From NCBI RefSeq assembly GCF_963976135.1, contig NZ_CAXBKN010000001.1, positions 22,885-86,884 on the forward strand: DNA of 64,000 nt, written 5' to 3'. This DNA comes from an uncultured Maricaulis sp. (lineage in GTDB: Bacteria > Pseudomonadota > Alphaproteobacteria > Caulobacterales > Maricaulaceae). Under the pieces are notes generated by a model. That model was not told where the DNA came from. It searched no databases and saw only the letters and a list, made by a program, of their open reading frames with translations. Below, one piece after another: positions 22,159 to 33,705 of this stretch; position 1 is the stretch's first letter; the number at the start of each line of letters is the position of its first letter. A program made the translations under genes and the position numbers.

Positions 22159-23520
22159 ATGCGACCTCTGAAAACCATCGTTACGGCCTGCCTCGCATCG
22201 GTCGCCCTGATTGCTCCGGTCGCGGCCCAGTCGCTGATCCGCGATACCGAGATCGAGCACATGCTGCGCGACTATGCCGACCCGCTGCTCGACGCGGCCG
22301 GTCTGACATCTTCGAATGTCGATCTCTACATCATCGCGGACCCGTCGATTAATGCCTTTGTGACCGGTGGCCAGAATATTTTTCTCCACACCGGCATCAT
22401 CATCGAAGCTGAAACCCCCAATCAGCTCAAAGGCGTGATCGCCCACGAAACCGGCCATATCGCAGGTGCCCACCTGGCAAGGGTCGGTGACGGGGTTGGC
22501 GCGGCACAAGTGCCGATGTTCATCTCGCTCGGACTTGGCCTGCTCGCCGCCTTTGCGGGCGAAGGCGGTGCCGCGGGTGCCCTGATGGCGTCCAGCCAGC
22601 AATTCGGCGCCCTCTCATTCATGACTTATAGCCGCGCCCAGGAAGCCTCGGCCGACCAGGCTGCGCTGCAGTATCTGGAAGCCAGCGGGCAGTCCTCGGA
22701 AGGTCTGGTCGAGTTCTTCGAGCGCTTCCGCTACCAGGAAGTGATGTCGAATGCGCGGCGCTTCCCCTATTTCCGCTCCCACCCGCTTTCCTCCGAACGC
22801 ATTTCCATCCTGCGCAATAATGCCGATGCCGCGGCGCACGCGAATGTCGATGACACACCCGAGGAGATCGCCGAGCTGCGACGCTTGCAGGGCAAGATTT
22901 ACGGCTTCCTGACCGAGCCGGAATTCGTGCTTTACCGTTATCCGCGGACCGATCAGAGCCTGCCGGCACGCTATGCCCGGGCCGTCGCCTATTTCCGGGT
23001 AGCGCGGCTGGACGAGGCGCGCGTGGAAATCGGGAGCCTGATTGCCGAGGAGCCGGACAACCCCTATTTCCAGGAACTCTACGGGCAGATGTTGTTCGAG
23101 ACCGGTCATATCCGGGAGTCGATCCCCTACCATGCCCGTTCGGTCGAGCTGGAGCCGACGGCACCGCTGCTGAGGCTGAATCTGGCGATTTCAATGATCG
23201 CCGCCGACGATGACAGCCTCCTCGATGAGGCCGAAGGCCACCTTCAGGTCGCCCTCGATATCGAGCCGGACAATGCCTTTGCCTGGTATCAGCTCTCAAT
23301 CGTGCATGAACGCAAAGGCGATACGGCGCTGGCCCAGCTGGCCGTGGCCGAACAGGCTTTCGCGACCGGTGATGCCGATCGGGCGATGATGTTCGCCGGA
23401 CGGGCGCGTACCGCGCTGGACCAGGGCACGCCGGCCTGGATGCGGGCCACCGAGATCGAAACGATCAGCGCCCCGCTCGCCGCCGATCAACGCCGCCAGC
23501 GGCGCGTCAATCTGCGCTGA
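22159..23520 (+). CDS. M48 family metalloprotease with TPR repeats (BepA/YfgC-like)
   Basis: Signal peptide, INAF, AHETGH (HExxH), EASAD, YFRSHP, TPR-like C-terminal half. Confidence 0.9.
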   Translation: MRPLKTIVTACLASVALIAPVAAQSLIRDTEIEHMLRDYADPLLDAAGLTSSNVDLYIIADPSINAFVTGGQNIFLHTGIIIEAETPNQLKGVIAHETGHIAGAHLARVGDGVGAAQVPMFISLGLGLLAAFAGEGGAAGALMASSQQFGALSFMTYSRAQEASADQAALQYLEASGQSSEGLVEFFERFRYQEVMSNARRFPYFRSHPLSSERISILRNNADAAAHANVDDTPEEIAELRRLQGKIYGFLTEPEFVLYRYPRTDQSLPARYARAVAYFRVARLDEARVEIGSLIAEEPDNPYFQELYGQMLFETGHIRESIPYHARSVELEPTAPLLRLNLAISMIAADDDSLLDEAEGHLQVALDIEPDNAFAWYQLSIVHERKGDTALAQLAVAEQAFATGDADRAMMFAGRARTALDQGTPAWMRATEIETISAPLAADQRRQRRVNLR

Positions 23521-23523
23521 GCA

Positions 23524-24705
23524 ATGGATACAAATGGACAGGCCGACGCGGCGCAGACACCATCATCGCTGACCCTGGCGGCTGTCGAAAGCCTGACCGA
23601 CATCGCGCCGGAAGCCTGGGATGGCATCGCCAATCCTGACGGCGCGGAATATGATCCCTTCCTGAGCTGGGACTTCCTCCAGGCGCTTGAGGAAAGCGGC
23701 TGTGTCGGCGGTGATAGCGGCTGGGCGCCGCACCATCTCCTGGCCCGCGATGCGACCGGGGCGCTCAAGGGTGCCCTGCCCCTCTACCTCAAATTCCACA
23801 GCCAGGGCGAATATGTCTTCGACCATGGCTGGGCGGAGAGTTTCGAGCGGGCTGGCGGGCGCTATTACCCCAAACTCCTGACCGCCATTCCCTTCTCTCC
23901 CGTGACCGGGCGTCGGATCCTGGCGACAGACCGCGCGGTTCGCCACGCACTTGTGAACGGCATGACCGAAGCCGTGCGCCAATGGGGCGTGTCGAGCTGG
24001 CATGTCAATTTTCCCACGCCCGCAGACTGGTCCGAGCTGGGCGAGGCCGGCCTGCTGCAACGCATCGACCGGCAATTCATCTGGTCCAATCGCGGTTATG
24101 CCAGTTATGACGATTTTCTGGGCGCGCTTTCATCGCGCAAACGCAAGGCGCTGCGCAAGGAGCGCGCCTCGGCCCAGGCCGGGCTTGAGATCGAACACCT
24201 CACGGGTGCCGATCTGAGGTCGGAGCATTGGGACGTCTTCTTCGCCTGTTACCAGGACACCGGCGCGCGCAAATGGGGCCGCCCCTATCTCAATCGCGAG
24301 TTTTTTGAGCTGATCCACCAGCGCATGGCCGACCGGGTCCTGCTGGTGCTGGCCAGGAAGGACGGGCGCCACATCGCTGCCGCGCTCAATTTCATCGGCT
24401 CCAATGCCCTCTATGGCCGCTATTGGGGCCTGCTGGAGGAGCACCCTCACCTGCATTTCGAGCTCTGCTACCATCAGGCGATCGAGGTCGCGATCCGGCT
24501 CGGGCTCGACCGTGTCGAAGCCGGTGCCCAGGGCGAGCACAAGCTGGCACGCGGCTATCGCCCGCAACCGGTCTATTCGGCCCACTGGATCGCCCATGAG
24601 GGTTTTCGCGCCGCCGTCGCCGATTATCTGGAGCGCGAGCGCCCGGCGATGCTGGCCGATATCGCCTTGCTGGATGAAGAGAGCCCGTTTAAAGCTCTGG
24701 ATTGA
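23524..24705 (+). CDS. GNAT/FemAB-like protein (DUF482)
   Basis: YLKFHSQGEYVFDHGWA, YYPKL..AIPFSPVTG, LYGRYWG, LHFELCYHQAIE, EAGAQGEHKLARGY. Confidence 0.9.
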   Translation: MDTNGQADAAQTPSSLTLAAVESLTDIAPEAWDGIANPDGAEYDPFLSWDFLQALEESGCVGGDSGWAPHHLLARDATGALKGALPLYLKFHSQGEYVFDHGWAESFERAGGRYYPKLLTAIPFSPVTGRRILATDRAVRHALVNGMTEAVRQWGVSSWHVNFPTPADWSELGEAGLLQRIDRQFIWSNRGYASYDDFLGALSSRKRKALRKERASAQAGLEIEHLTGADLRSEHWDVFFACYQDTGARKWGRPYLNREFFELIHQRMADRVLLVLARKDGRHIAAALNFIGSNALYGRYWGLLEEHPHLHFELCYHQAIEVAIRLGLDRVEAGAQGEHKLARGYRPQPVYSAHWIAHEGFRAAVADYLERERPAMLADIALLDEESPFKALD

Positions 24706-25220
24706 TGAAGCAAATCCCTGCCCCTCAGCTCTCACCCTGGTATAGCCATGCCCGCGTCGCGGTCACGGCACTCGAGGCGGCAGGCATTCCGGCGGCACTC
24801 GCCGACATTCATATGCACCATGCCTATCCGAGCCTCGAATTCGGAGCCTGCCGCACCCGCATTCTGATACCGCCCGCCTGCCAGGCCGAAGCCATCGAAA
24901 TCATGGAGCGGGCCCGCGCCAGCGTATATCCGCCGCTCTACCCCTGTCCGGTCTGTGCCGGCGAGACGCGGCAGCGCAAACGGATTCTGGCGATGATCAT
25001 CATGATCTTGCTGGGTTGCTTTATTCCTTTGAAAAGCGACAAGCGGCGCTGCGGCGCCTGCCAAATCAATCTCGATGCGCCGGCCATCACCCCCTTCACT
25101 GTGGAAGAACTCGGCGAAGAGCCAATCGCGGATGCAGGGCCAGGCGCGGACTGGATGAGGCGTCTGGTCGCCGGGGTGCGGGCGCTTTTCCGCCGGCGGC
25201 GTTACTGGGATACCGAGTAA
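24705..25220 (+). CDS. Hypothetical protein, DUF2007-like N-terminus plus membrane-split Cys4 ribbon
   Basis: TGATG overlap with the upstream gene; LEAAGIPA motif; CPVC, hydrophobic segment, CGAC. Confidence 0.6.
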   Translation: MKQIPAPQLSPWYSHARVAVTALEAAGIPAALADIHMHHAYPSLEFGACRTRILIPPACQAEAIEIMERARASVYPPLYPCPVCAGETRQRKRILAMIIMILLGCFIPLKSDKRRCGACQINLDAPAITPFTVEELGEEPIADAGPGADWMRRLVAGVRALFRRRRYWDTE

Positions 25221-25346
25221 TCCTGGTCGAGATCGGGCCGCGAGATTCTCGCTGGCGCCGAACAGCGATCTCACCGCCACAGGCTGCAGAGGCTGGTCTT
25301 CGAGTGCCGCCTCCACTAGTTTCAATATTCAAGCAGGAGACACGCC

Positions 25347-25778
25347 ATGAGCCTGAACGGCAGCTATGACCCGGACAATATCTTCGCCAAGATCCTGCGC
25401 GGCGAGCTGCCCTGCGTGAAAGTCTATGAAGACGAGGCCGTGCTCTCCTTCATGGATATTTTCCCGCAGGCGCCCGGCCATGTGCTCGTCGTACCCAAGG
25501 AAGCGGCGCGCAACGCGCTGGAGCTGTCGGATGACGCCCTCGCGGCAGCCATGTTGCGGGTCAAGAAGATCGGCAATGCGGTCAAGGCGGCGCTGGCGCC
25601 GGACGGGATCATGATTGCCCAGCTCAATGGCGCCCCGGCCGGCCAGACGGTGTTTCATGTCCATTTTCACATCATTCCGCGCAGCGATGGCGCCCAGATG
25701 GCGATGCATGCCGGCGGCAAGGCCGATATGGCCGAGCTGGAAGCGCAGGCCAGGAAGATCGCCTCGTTTCTGGACTAG
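25347..25778 (+). CDS. HIT family nucleotide hydrolase
   Basis: NIFAKILRGELP, HVLVVPK, VFHVHFHIIPR; AGGAGA SD. Confidence 0.95.
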   Translation: MSLNGSYDPDNIFAKILRGELPCVKVYEDEAVLSFMDIFPQAPGHVLVVPKEAARNALELSDDALAAAMLRVKKIGNAVKAALAPDGIMIAQLNGAPAGQTVFHVHFHIIPRSDGAQMAMHAGGKADMAELEAQARKIASFLD

Positions 25779-27583
25779 GCCCCGGCCTGCTCTTGGATTA
25801 CCGCCAGGAAAGCCTCACCGAGATCGGCGAGCTTTTTCGGGCCGACACCATTGACCGCGGCCATCTGTTCCAGATTGTCCGGCCGCAGATGGCACATGTC
25901 GATCAGGGTCGCATCGGAGAAGATCACATAGGCCGGGACATTGCGCTCGGCGGCGAGATCGCGGCGCAAAGCCTTGAGTGCGGCGAGCAATCCGGCATCG
26001 ACATCGGCCTCGGCGGCCTTGCTGACGGCGCTGCGGCGCGGCTTCTTCTCGCCCTTGGCCGGGACGATTTCACGTAGTTCGAAAGTCTCGCGCCCCTTGA
26101 GTACGGCCTCACCACGCGCGGTGAGTTTGAGACCGCCATATTGATCGATATCGACCACGAGATAGCCGCCCGCCACGGCCTGGCGGACCAGACCCTGCCA
26201 GAAGGGTTTGGGCTTGTCCTTGCCAACGCCCCAGGTCGGCAAGGCGTCATGGCCGCGCGCGCGGATCTTGTCGGTATCACCACCCCTGAGCACATCAATG
26301 ATGTGGCCGGCACCAAAGGCCTGACCGGTGCGCACGATCGCCGAGAACAGCATTTGCGCCTCGCGCGTGCCGTCAAGCAGGACCGGCGGGTCGAGGCAGA
26401 TATCGCAATTGCCGCACGGTTTTGAGCCCGGCTCGCCGAAATAGGACAAGAGCGTGATGCGCCGGCACTGGGTCGCCTCGCAATAGGATAATAGCGCATC
26501 GAGGCGCTGGTGTTCGCGCCGCTTGTGCGCATCATCTTCGCCATCATTGTCGATGAAACGCCGGCGCAGGCTGGCATCGCCGAGACCGTAGAGCATCATC
26601 GCATCGGCTGGCGCACCATCGCGGCCGGCACGGCCGATCTCCTGGTAATAGGCCTCCATCGAGCCTGGCATGTTGAGATGGAAGACATAGCGGATATCCG
26701 GCTTGTCGATACCCATCCCGAAAGCGATCGTCGCCACCATGATCACGGCCTCCTCGGCCATGAAGATTTCCTGGTTTTCGCGCCGCTGCTCCGGCGACAT
26801 CCCCGCATGATAGGACAGGGCGCGATAGCCCTCCCCCTTCAGCATCGCGGCGACCTCTTCGGTCAGCTTGCGCGACAGGCAGTAGACGATGCCCGACTGT
26901 GTCCGGCGCTCGGTGAGAAAACCGAGCAATTGCGGCTTCCACTGGGCCTTGGGCAAGACCGCGAGATTGAGATTGGGGCGGTCAAAGCCGCGCACCACCG
27001 TATCGCCCTCACCGCCAAACAGTTTCTCGGCGATATCGGTGCGCGTGGCGCTGTCAGCGGTGGCGGTGAAAGCGGCCAGGGTCGCGTTCGGGAAATGATG
27101 TTTGAGCTGGGAGAGTTGCTCGTATTCCGGCCGAAAGCTCGCACCCCATTTGGAAATACAATGCGCCTCATCGACCACGAACAGACCCGGATCCACCGGT
27201 TTGAGCGCCTCGAGCATGCGCCCGGTCATCAGCCGCTCCGGCGAGAGGTAAAGCAGTTTTGCCTCGCCCGACTGGAAGGTCCGCCAGGCAGCGACATTCT
27301 GTTCGCGATCACGCCCGGAATGGATTGCTGCCGCCATCACACCATTGGCCGCCAGCCCGGCAATCTGGTCATCCATCAAGGCCACAAGCGGCGAGACAAT
27401 GATTGACGGCCGCTCCAGCATCAAGGCCGGCACCTGGTAGCACAGCGATTTACCGGCCCCGGTCGGCATCACACACAGCGTATGCGTCCCCGCCAGCAGG
27501 CGCTCGACGATGGGCAGCTGGCCGGGCCGGAATTCGGGGAAGCCGAAAACGGATTTGAGGATGGATTGAGGGGATGAGGTCAT
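25775..27583 (-). CDS. recQ: ATP-dependent DNA helicase RecQ
   Basis: MPTGAGKSLCYQ, VDEAHC, ATIAFGMGIDKPD, QEIGRAGRDG, RQC Zn site, HRDC domain. Confidence 0.97.
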   Translation of the reverse strand: MTSSPQSILKSVFGFPEFRPGQLPIVERLLAGTHTLCVMPTGAGKSLCYQVPALMLERPSIIVSPLVALMDDQIAGLAANGVMAAAIHSGRDREQNVAAWRTFQSGEAKLLYLSPERLMTGRMLEALKPVDPGLFVVDEAHCISKWGASFRPEYEQLSQLKHHFPNATLAAFTATADSATRTDIAEKLFGGEGDTVVRGFDRPNLNLAVLPKAQWKPQLLGFLTERRTQSGIVYCLSRKLTEEVAAMLKGEGYRALSYHAGMSPEQRRENQEIFMAEEAVIMVATIAFGMGIDKPDIRYVFHLNMPGSMEAYYQEIGRAGRDGAPADAMMLYGLGDASLRRRFIDNDGEDDAHKRREHQRLDALLSYCEATQCRRITLLSYFGEPGSKPCGNCDICLDPPVLLDGTREAQMLFSAIVRTGQAFGAGHIIDVLRGGDTDKIRARGHDALPTWGVGKDKPKPFWQGLVRQAVAGGYLVVDIDQYGGLKLTARGEAVLKGRETFELREIVPAKGEKKPRRSAVSKAAEADVDAGLLAALKALRRDLAAERNVPAYVIFSDATLIDMCHLRPDNLEQMAAVNGVGPKKLADLGEAFLAVIQEQAGA

Positions 27584-27697
27584 GGGACACGCGAGGCAGA
27601 GGTGCGAGGTCAGTCTGGCACCCCTCCCCGACTAGCACGCGTGACCATGATCAAACAGGGCCGCCGCGCCATTGTGCACAGACGCCGTCCTCCGGCC

Positions 27698-28519
27698 CTA
27701 TAAATGCGGACTCCACATGAACATCCAGGCGCCGAAAATCCCGACCGCCGTGACCAGCGTCAGCAGCAGAACCAGGCCCGCCACAGCCAGTTTGGGGGCC
27801 GCCGATTGCGCGCGCCCGGCCCGGAAATACAGTTCCAGCACGGCCAGGGGCAGGAGATAGCAGGCGAAGGCCAGCGTCAGATCGAAGGGGCCATCGAGTT
27901 GCCGGGTCGATCCGACCGGGCCCTGCATGATGATGATCCAGGCCATGAAGCCGATGCGGAAGAACCAGACGCCATTGACCAGAATGAAGAGCCGCATCGC
28001 CCAGCGCCGGTGCTGGTCAATCCGGCGCTTCATCGCCAGGCGCAGGGCGATCGGCGCGGCGATCAGGATCAGGATGCCGTTGAGGCTCACGCCGAGCGCC
28101 CCGAGATCACTCAGCCGGGCCTCGCGCAACCAGGTCATCCACAGACCGCCAACCGCCAGGACAACGGCGATAACCACAAAGATACGACCATTCCAGCGAT
28201 GCAGGGCCGGCAAACGCTTTCGCAGCACCGGAACCAACTGCAGCGTCCCGCCCATGGTGATGACCGCCGCCAGCAGGACATGGACGCCAAACATCAGATT
28301 GCCGAACCAGTCGCCATCCACATAACCGACCATCAGGCCGGTCTCGTTCCAGTCCTGGGGATTACCAGCGGCGGTGGTGACGCCATAAACATTGAGAATA
28401 TACCAGACGAAGGTCCATTGACCGGCCGCAGCGACCAGGAACCAGGCCAGGCCCGCTCCCCTGAGCAGCCCGCCGGCATCGAAGCGCGTGCGAGATGGTG
28501 TTTGCAAAATATCACTCAT
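27698..28519 (-). CDS. DUF2306-like polytopic membrane protein
   Basis: About 7 TM segments, LHRWNGRIF and HRRWAMR motifs. Start ATG 28519 preferred over 28558. Confidence 0.75.
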   Translation of the reverse strand: MSDILQTPSRTRFDAGGLLRGAGLAWFLVAAAGQWTFVWYILNVYGVTTAAGNPQDWNETGLMVGYVDGDWFGNLMFGVHVLLAAVITMGGTLQLVPVLRKRLPALHRWNGRIFVVIAVVLAVGGLWMTWLREARLSDLGALGVSLNGILILIAAPIALRLAMKRRIDQHRRWAMRLFILVNGVWFFRIGFMAWIIIMQGPVGSTRQLDGPFDLTLAFACYLLPLAVLELYFRAGRAQSAAPKLAVAGLVLLLTLVTAVGIFGAWMFMWSPHL

Positions 28520-28645
28520 GATTGACCCATTTTTCAACGAGACTGGCTCCAGCCTCATTTATCCATTGTCCGGCAAGACCGGCCTCAGCCTCGCCCATCG
28601 CCCCCTGGCATGGATGAAATGCGTCGCCGGGCACCCCGAGGTCTT

Positions 28646-28663
28646 GCCGATTTGGAAATCGGC
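28646..28663. promoter_or_regulatory. Perfect palindrome GCCGATTT-GG-AAATCGGC, candidate operator
   Basis: 8-bp inverted repeat between the divergent DUF2306 and AraC genes. Confidence 0.45.
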
Positions 28664-28758
28664 GACAGTTTTTCGGCTGCCGGCTGCAATCCGGTGCGGG
28701 GTTGCAATCGCGTCCCACTCCAAGCCAGTATGGACGCTTGAGCGCAGGGGATTTGCCG

Positions 28759-29823
28759 ATGGACGTCGCACTGATCACCACCACAGTCCGGCTCGTCGTG
28801 GCTGCCTCGGCGGCGATCGCGCTGATCGTCACCCTGACCCGGCCGAACAAACGCGCCCTGCACATCTACTGGGCGGTGTTCTGCGGCGCGATTTCCCTGA
28901 CCATGCTGCGCTATGCGCTGCCGATCTCGCCTGAATGGCTCTCAAACCTGATGCGAATCGCATCGGGGGCGACGTGCGGCGGTTTCTGGCTGGTTGCGCG
29001 CTGCCTCTTCAGGCCCGGCAATCCGATCAAGCTGCACCACCTCCTCCTGGTCGCCGCGGTGATGACCGGGATTGCCGTCGACATTACCCTGCCCGCCCTG
29101 ATCGACCCGGACGGGTTGGCGGGCCTGCATACGGGGATCTGGCAATTTGTCACGCTGGTCAGCTCCACCGTCATGGTGCTGTCCTTCTGGGAAGGCATCC
29201 AGGGCTGGCCGGACCGCAGCCATCGCAACGAAATCCAGCTGCGATATCTCTATCTGGCGATCATCGGCCTGTGCGTCACCGCCTGCACGGTCTATCCCGA
29301 ACCCGATGCCGCCGCGGCAGCAGCGGCCCGCCTGCTCGAAGCCTGCAGCGCCCTGGCGGTCCTGGCGGTCGCCTCGGTGGCTGTCGCCTTCCGGCTGCGC
29401 TACCCGCTCCTGCCGGCGACCGCCGAAAAGCCCGCCGCCACGGCAGAGGAACATGCCCTTGCCGCCCGGCTGGAGCGGTTGATGCGCGATGAAACACCCT
29501 ATCTGGAGCCCGAACTGAAGGTCGCCGACCTCGCACGCAGCCTGCAAACCCCTGACTACAAGGTGACGCGCGCGATTACGGCCGGCTTGCAGCAACCCAA
29601 TTTCAATCGCTACGTCAACGCATTGAGAGTCGAACATGCCAAGGCCCTGCTGCGCGATCCGCGCGAGGCCAGCCGATCCATCCTGCTGATTGCCCTGGAT
29701 AGTGGATTCGCCTCGCTCGGCCCGTTCAACCGGGCCTTCAAGGCCGATACGGGCATGACGCCGCGTGCCTGGCGAGCCGATGGTGTGGCCAGCACCTCGC
29801 AACCAAAACCGGCACCGGCCTGA
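28759..29823 (+). CDS. AraC-family regulator with N-terminal multi-TM sensor domain
   Basis: About 7 hydrophobic helices, then YLEPELKVADLA, NFNRYVNALRVEHAK, IALDSGFASLGPFNRAFK..TGMTP. Confidence 0.9.
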   Translation: MDVALITTTVRLVVAASAAIALIVTLTRPNKRALHIYWAVFCGAISLTMLRYALPISPEWLSNLMRIASGATCGGFWLVARCLFRPGNPIKLHHLLLVAAVMTGIAVDITLPALIDPDGLAGLHTGIWQFVTLVSSTVMVLSFWEGIQGWPDRSHRNEIQLRYLYLAIIGLCVTACTVYPEPDAAAAAAARLLEACSALAVLAVASVAVAFRLRYPLLPATAEKPAATAEEHALAARLERLMRDETPYLEPELKVADLARSLQTPDYKVTRAITAGLQQPNFNRYVNALRVEHAKALLRDPREASRSILLIALDSGFASLGPFNRAFKADTGMTPRAWRADGVASTSQPKPAPA

Positions 29824-29876
29824 GGCCTGCGCGCCGGAAGCTGCCGGCGGCGCACCCCAACATTCACCCCCACACG

Positions 29877-29906
29877 AAAAACGGCGCCCCGTCGGAGCGC
29901 CGTTTT
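29877..29906. terminator. Bidirectional intrinsic terminator
   Basis: AAAAACGGCGC...GCGCCGTTTT between the convergent araC and clpA genes. Confidence 0.85.
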
Positions 29907-29934
29907 CTGTTCTTCAGAGCGTGAAGACTGAGGT

Positions 29935-32250
<2,316 letters not shown>

Positions 32251-32251
32251 T

Positions 32252-32581
32252 CTATTCCTTTTCCATCGTGCACTGGAGCGGATGTTGAGCCCGTCGTGCG
32301 GCGTCCATAACCTGGGCTACCTTTGTTTCGGCAACCTCATATGTGTACACGCCGCACATTCCGACACCGTTCTGGTGGACATGCAGCATGATCGTCGCTG
32401 CATCCTCGGGGGATTTGCGAAAGATCCGAACCAGGACCTCCACAACAAATTCCATGGGCGTATAGTCATCATTGAGTAGCAGAACACGGTAAAGCGAAGG
32501 TTTCTTGGTCGCTGGCCGCGTCTTCAGAGCGAGGCCATGCTCCTCCTCATTCCCTGCATCATCTTGTTTTCGTTCGGTCAT
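32252..32581 (-). CDS. clpS: Clp protease adaptor ClpS
   Basis: [25 protein letters not shown]; directly upstream of clpA. Confidence 0.97.
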   Translation of the reverse strand: MTERKQDDAGNEEEHGLALKTRPATKKPSLYRVLLLNDDYTPMEFVVEVLVRIFRKSPEDAATIMLHVHQNGVGMCGVYTYEVAETKVAQVMDAARRAQHPLQCTMEKE

Positions 32582-32732
32582 ATTAAAATCAGATTCGAAA
32601 GACAGTCAGGGTGATTTCAGGTCAAGGATAGGCGGCGTCGGCCCCTTAGGAAAGGGTTTGCCACCAGCAATCCGGGTTTTGGCGTGCTTGCGATTCTCGG
32701 TTCGACCTGATGAATCTGGGGATGCGAACCCC

Positions 32733-32766
32733 AAAAAGAAAGGGCCCGGTGCAGAACACCGGGCCC
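32733..32766 (-). terminator. Intrinsic terminator after the phasin gene
   Basis: GGGCCCGGTG-loop-CACCGGGCCC followed by TTTCTTTTT on the minus strand. Confidence 0.85.
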
Positions 32767-32797
32767 AGGCGGGGAGAAAATTGTCAGTCTGCGGCGT

Positions 32798-33541
32798 TTA
32801 GCGCTGCGACTGAGCCAGCTCGGCAACGGCGGCGAAGCGGGTGTTCAAAGGCTTCGCGCCATCCTTGACCAGGCCGGAAAAGAGTTCGGTGGTCTTGTTG
32901 AGCTCGGCAAGATAGCTGCCCATCGCCGACTTGGCGTAGTTGGACTGGATCTCGAAGATTTCCTGCATCGACTTGGCGGAAGACAGGGCCTTCGTGGCGG
33001 CAACGCCCTCTTCCATCGCCGTTTTGGCGTAGGCAGCGGCATTGGTGCCGACCGTCTCAAGACCCTTGCCGGTCACAGTGGCGGACTCGATGACAGCTTC
33101 GACCGTGTCTTTGTGGAAGGCCGAGGCTTCATTGACGGCGCTCAGCGTCTTCTCGAAACCTTCCTTGAAGGTCTCATTGGTCGCGGCGGTCATGGATTCG
33201 ATGGAATTATTCATGAGTTTGCTCGTTTTTGTCTGGGCCTTCACAGCGGGCTTGCTGGTGGCCGGTTTCTGTTTGGTCGACGCAGCGGGCTTGCTGGCGG
33301 CCAGTTTTGGCTTTTTCGCCGCAGCAGGCTTGCTGGCGGCGTTTTTCTTTTTTGCGGCCTGCGCCGTGGCAGCAGGCTTGGTGCGCGCCGCTGGCTTGGC
33401 AGCCAGGGGCTTCGCGGAAGCCGCAGATTTCTCGACAACAGCCGGCTGCGCGGCTTTCGGCGCGGCTGCAACAACAACCGGTGCTTTCGCGTCAGCAGCG
33501 ATTGCAGGGGCTTCATCGGATTTGATGCGTGTGTCGGTCAT
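32798..33541 (-). CDS. Phasin family protein with N-terminal Lys/Ala/Pro-rich extension
   Basis: C-terminal ~135 aa phasin-like (ALSSAKSMQEIFEIQSNYAK..PLNTRF); N-terminal AAKP/SKPAA repeats. Confidence 0.8.
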   Translation of the reverse strand: MTDTRIKSDEAPAIAADAKAPVVVAAAPKAAQPAVVEKSAASAKPLAAKPAARTKPAATAQAAKKKNAASKPAAAKKPKLAASKPAASTKQKPATSKPAVKAQTKTSKLMNNSIESMTAATNETFKEGFEKTLSAVNEASAFHKDTVEAVIESATVTGKGLETVGTNAAAYAKTAMEEGVAATKALSSAKSMQEIFEIQSNYAKSAMGSYLAELNKTTELFSGLVKDGAKPLNTRFAAVAELAQSQR

Positions 33542-33626
33542 GGTTCACTTCTTGAATTGCTGCATTGGCTCTTCGCAGTCGCAACATATCTAACCCCGGA
33601 CCTGCCCGGCGTCAAGCGAATTATTG

Positions 33627-33638
33627 TGCAGTGCACCA
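33627..33638. promoter_or_regulatory. Candidate PhaR box TGCAGTGCACCA upstream of the phasin gene
   Basis: Matches the TGCRNYGCA-type PhaR motif as I recall it; further TGC/GCA-rich sites at about 33557-33586. Confidence 0.55.
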
Positions 33639-33705
33639 TTTTCGTTTTTGCCATGCCTGGCAGCCCTTAACCGAGTGGAAACTCTGTGCGGACGAGACTG
33701 CCCGA

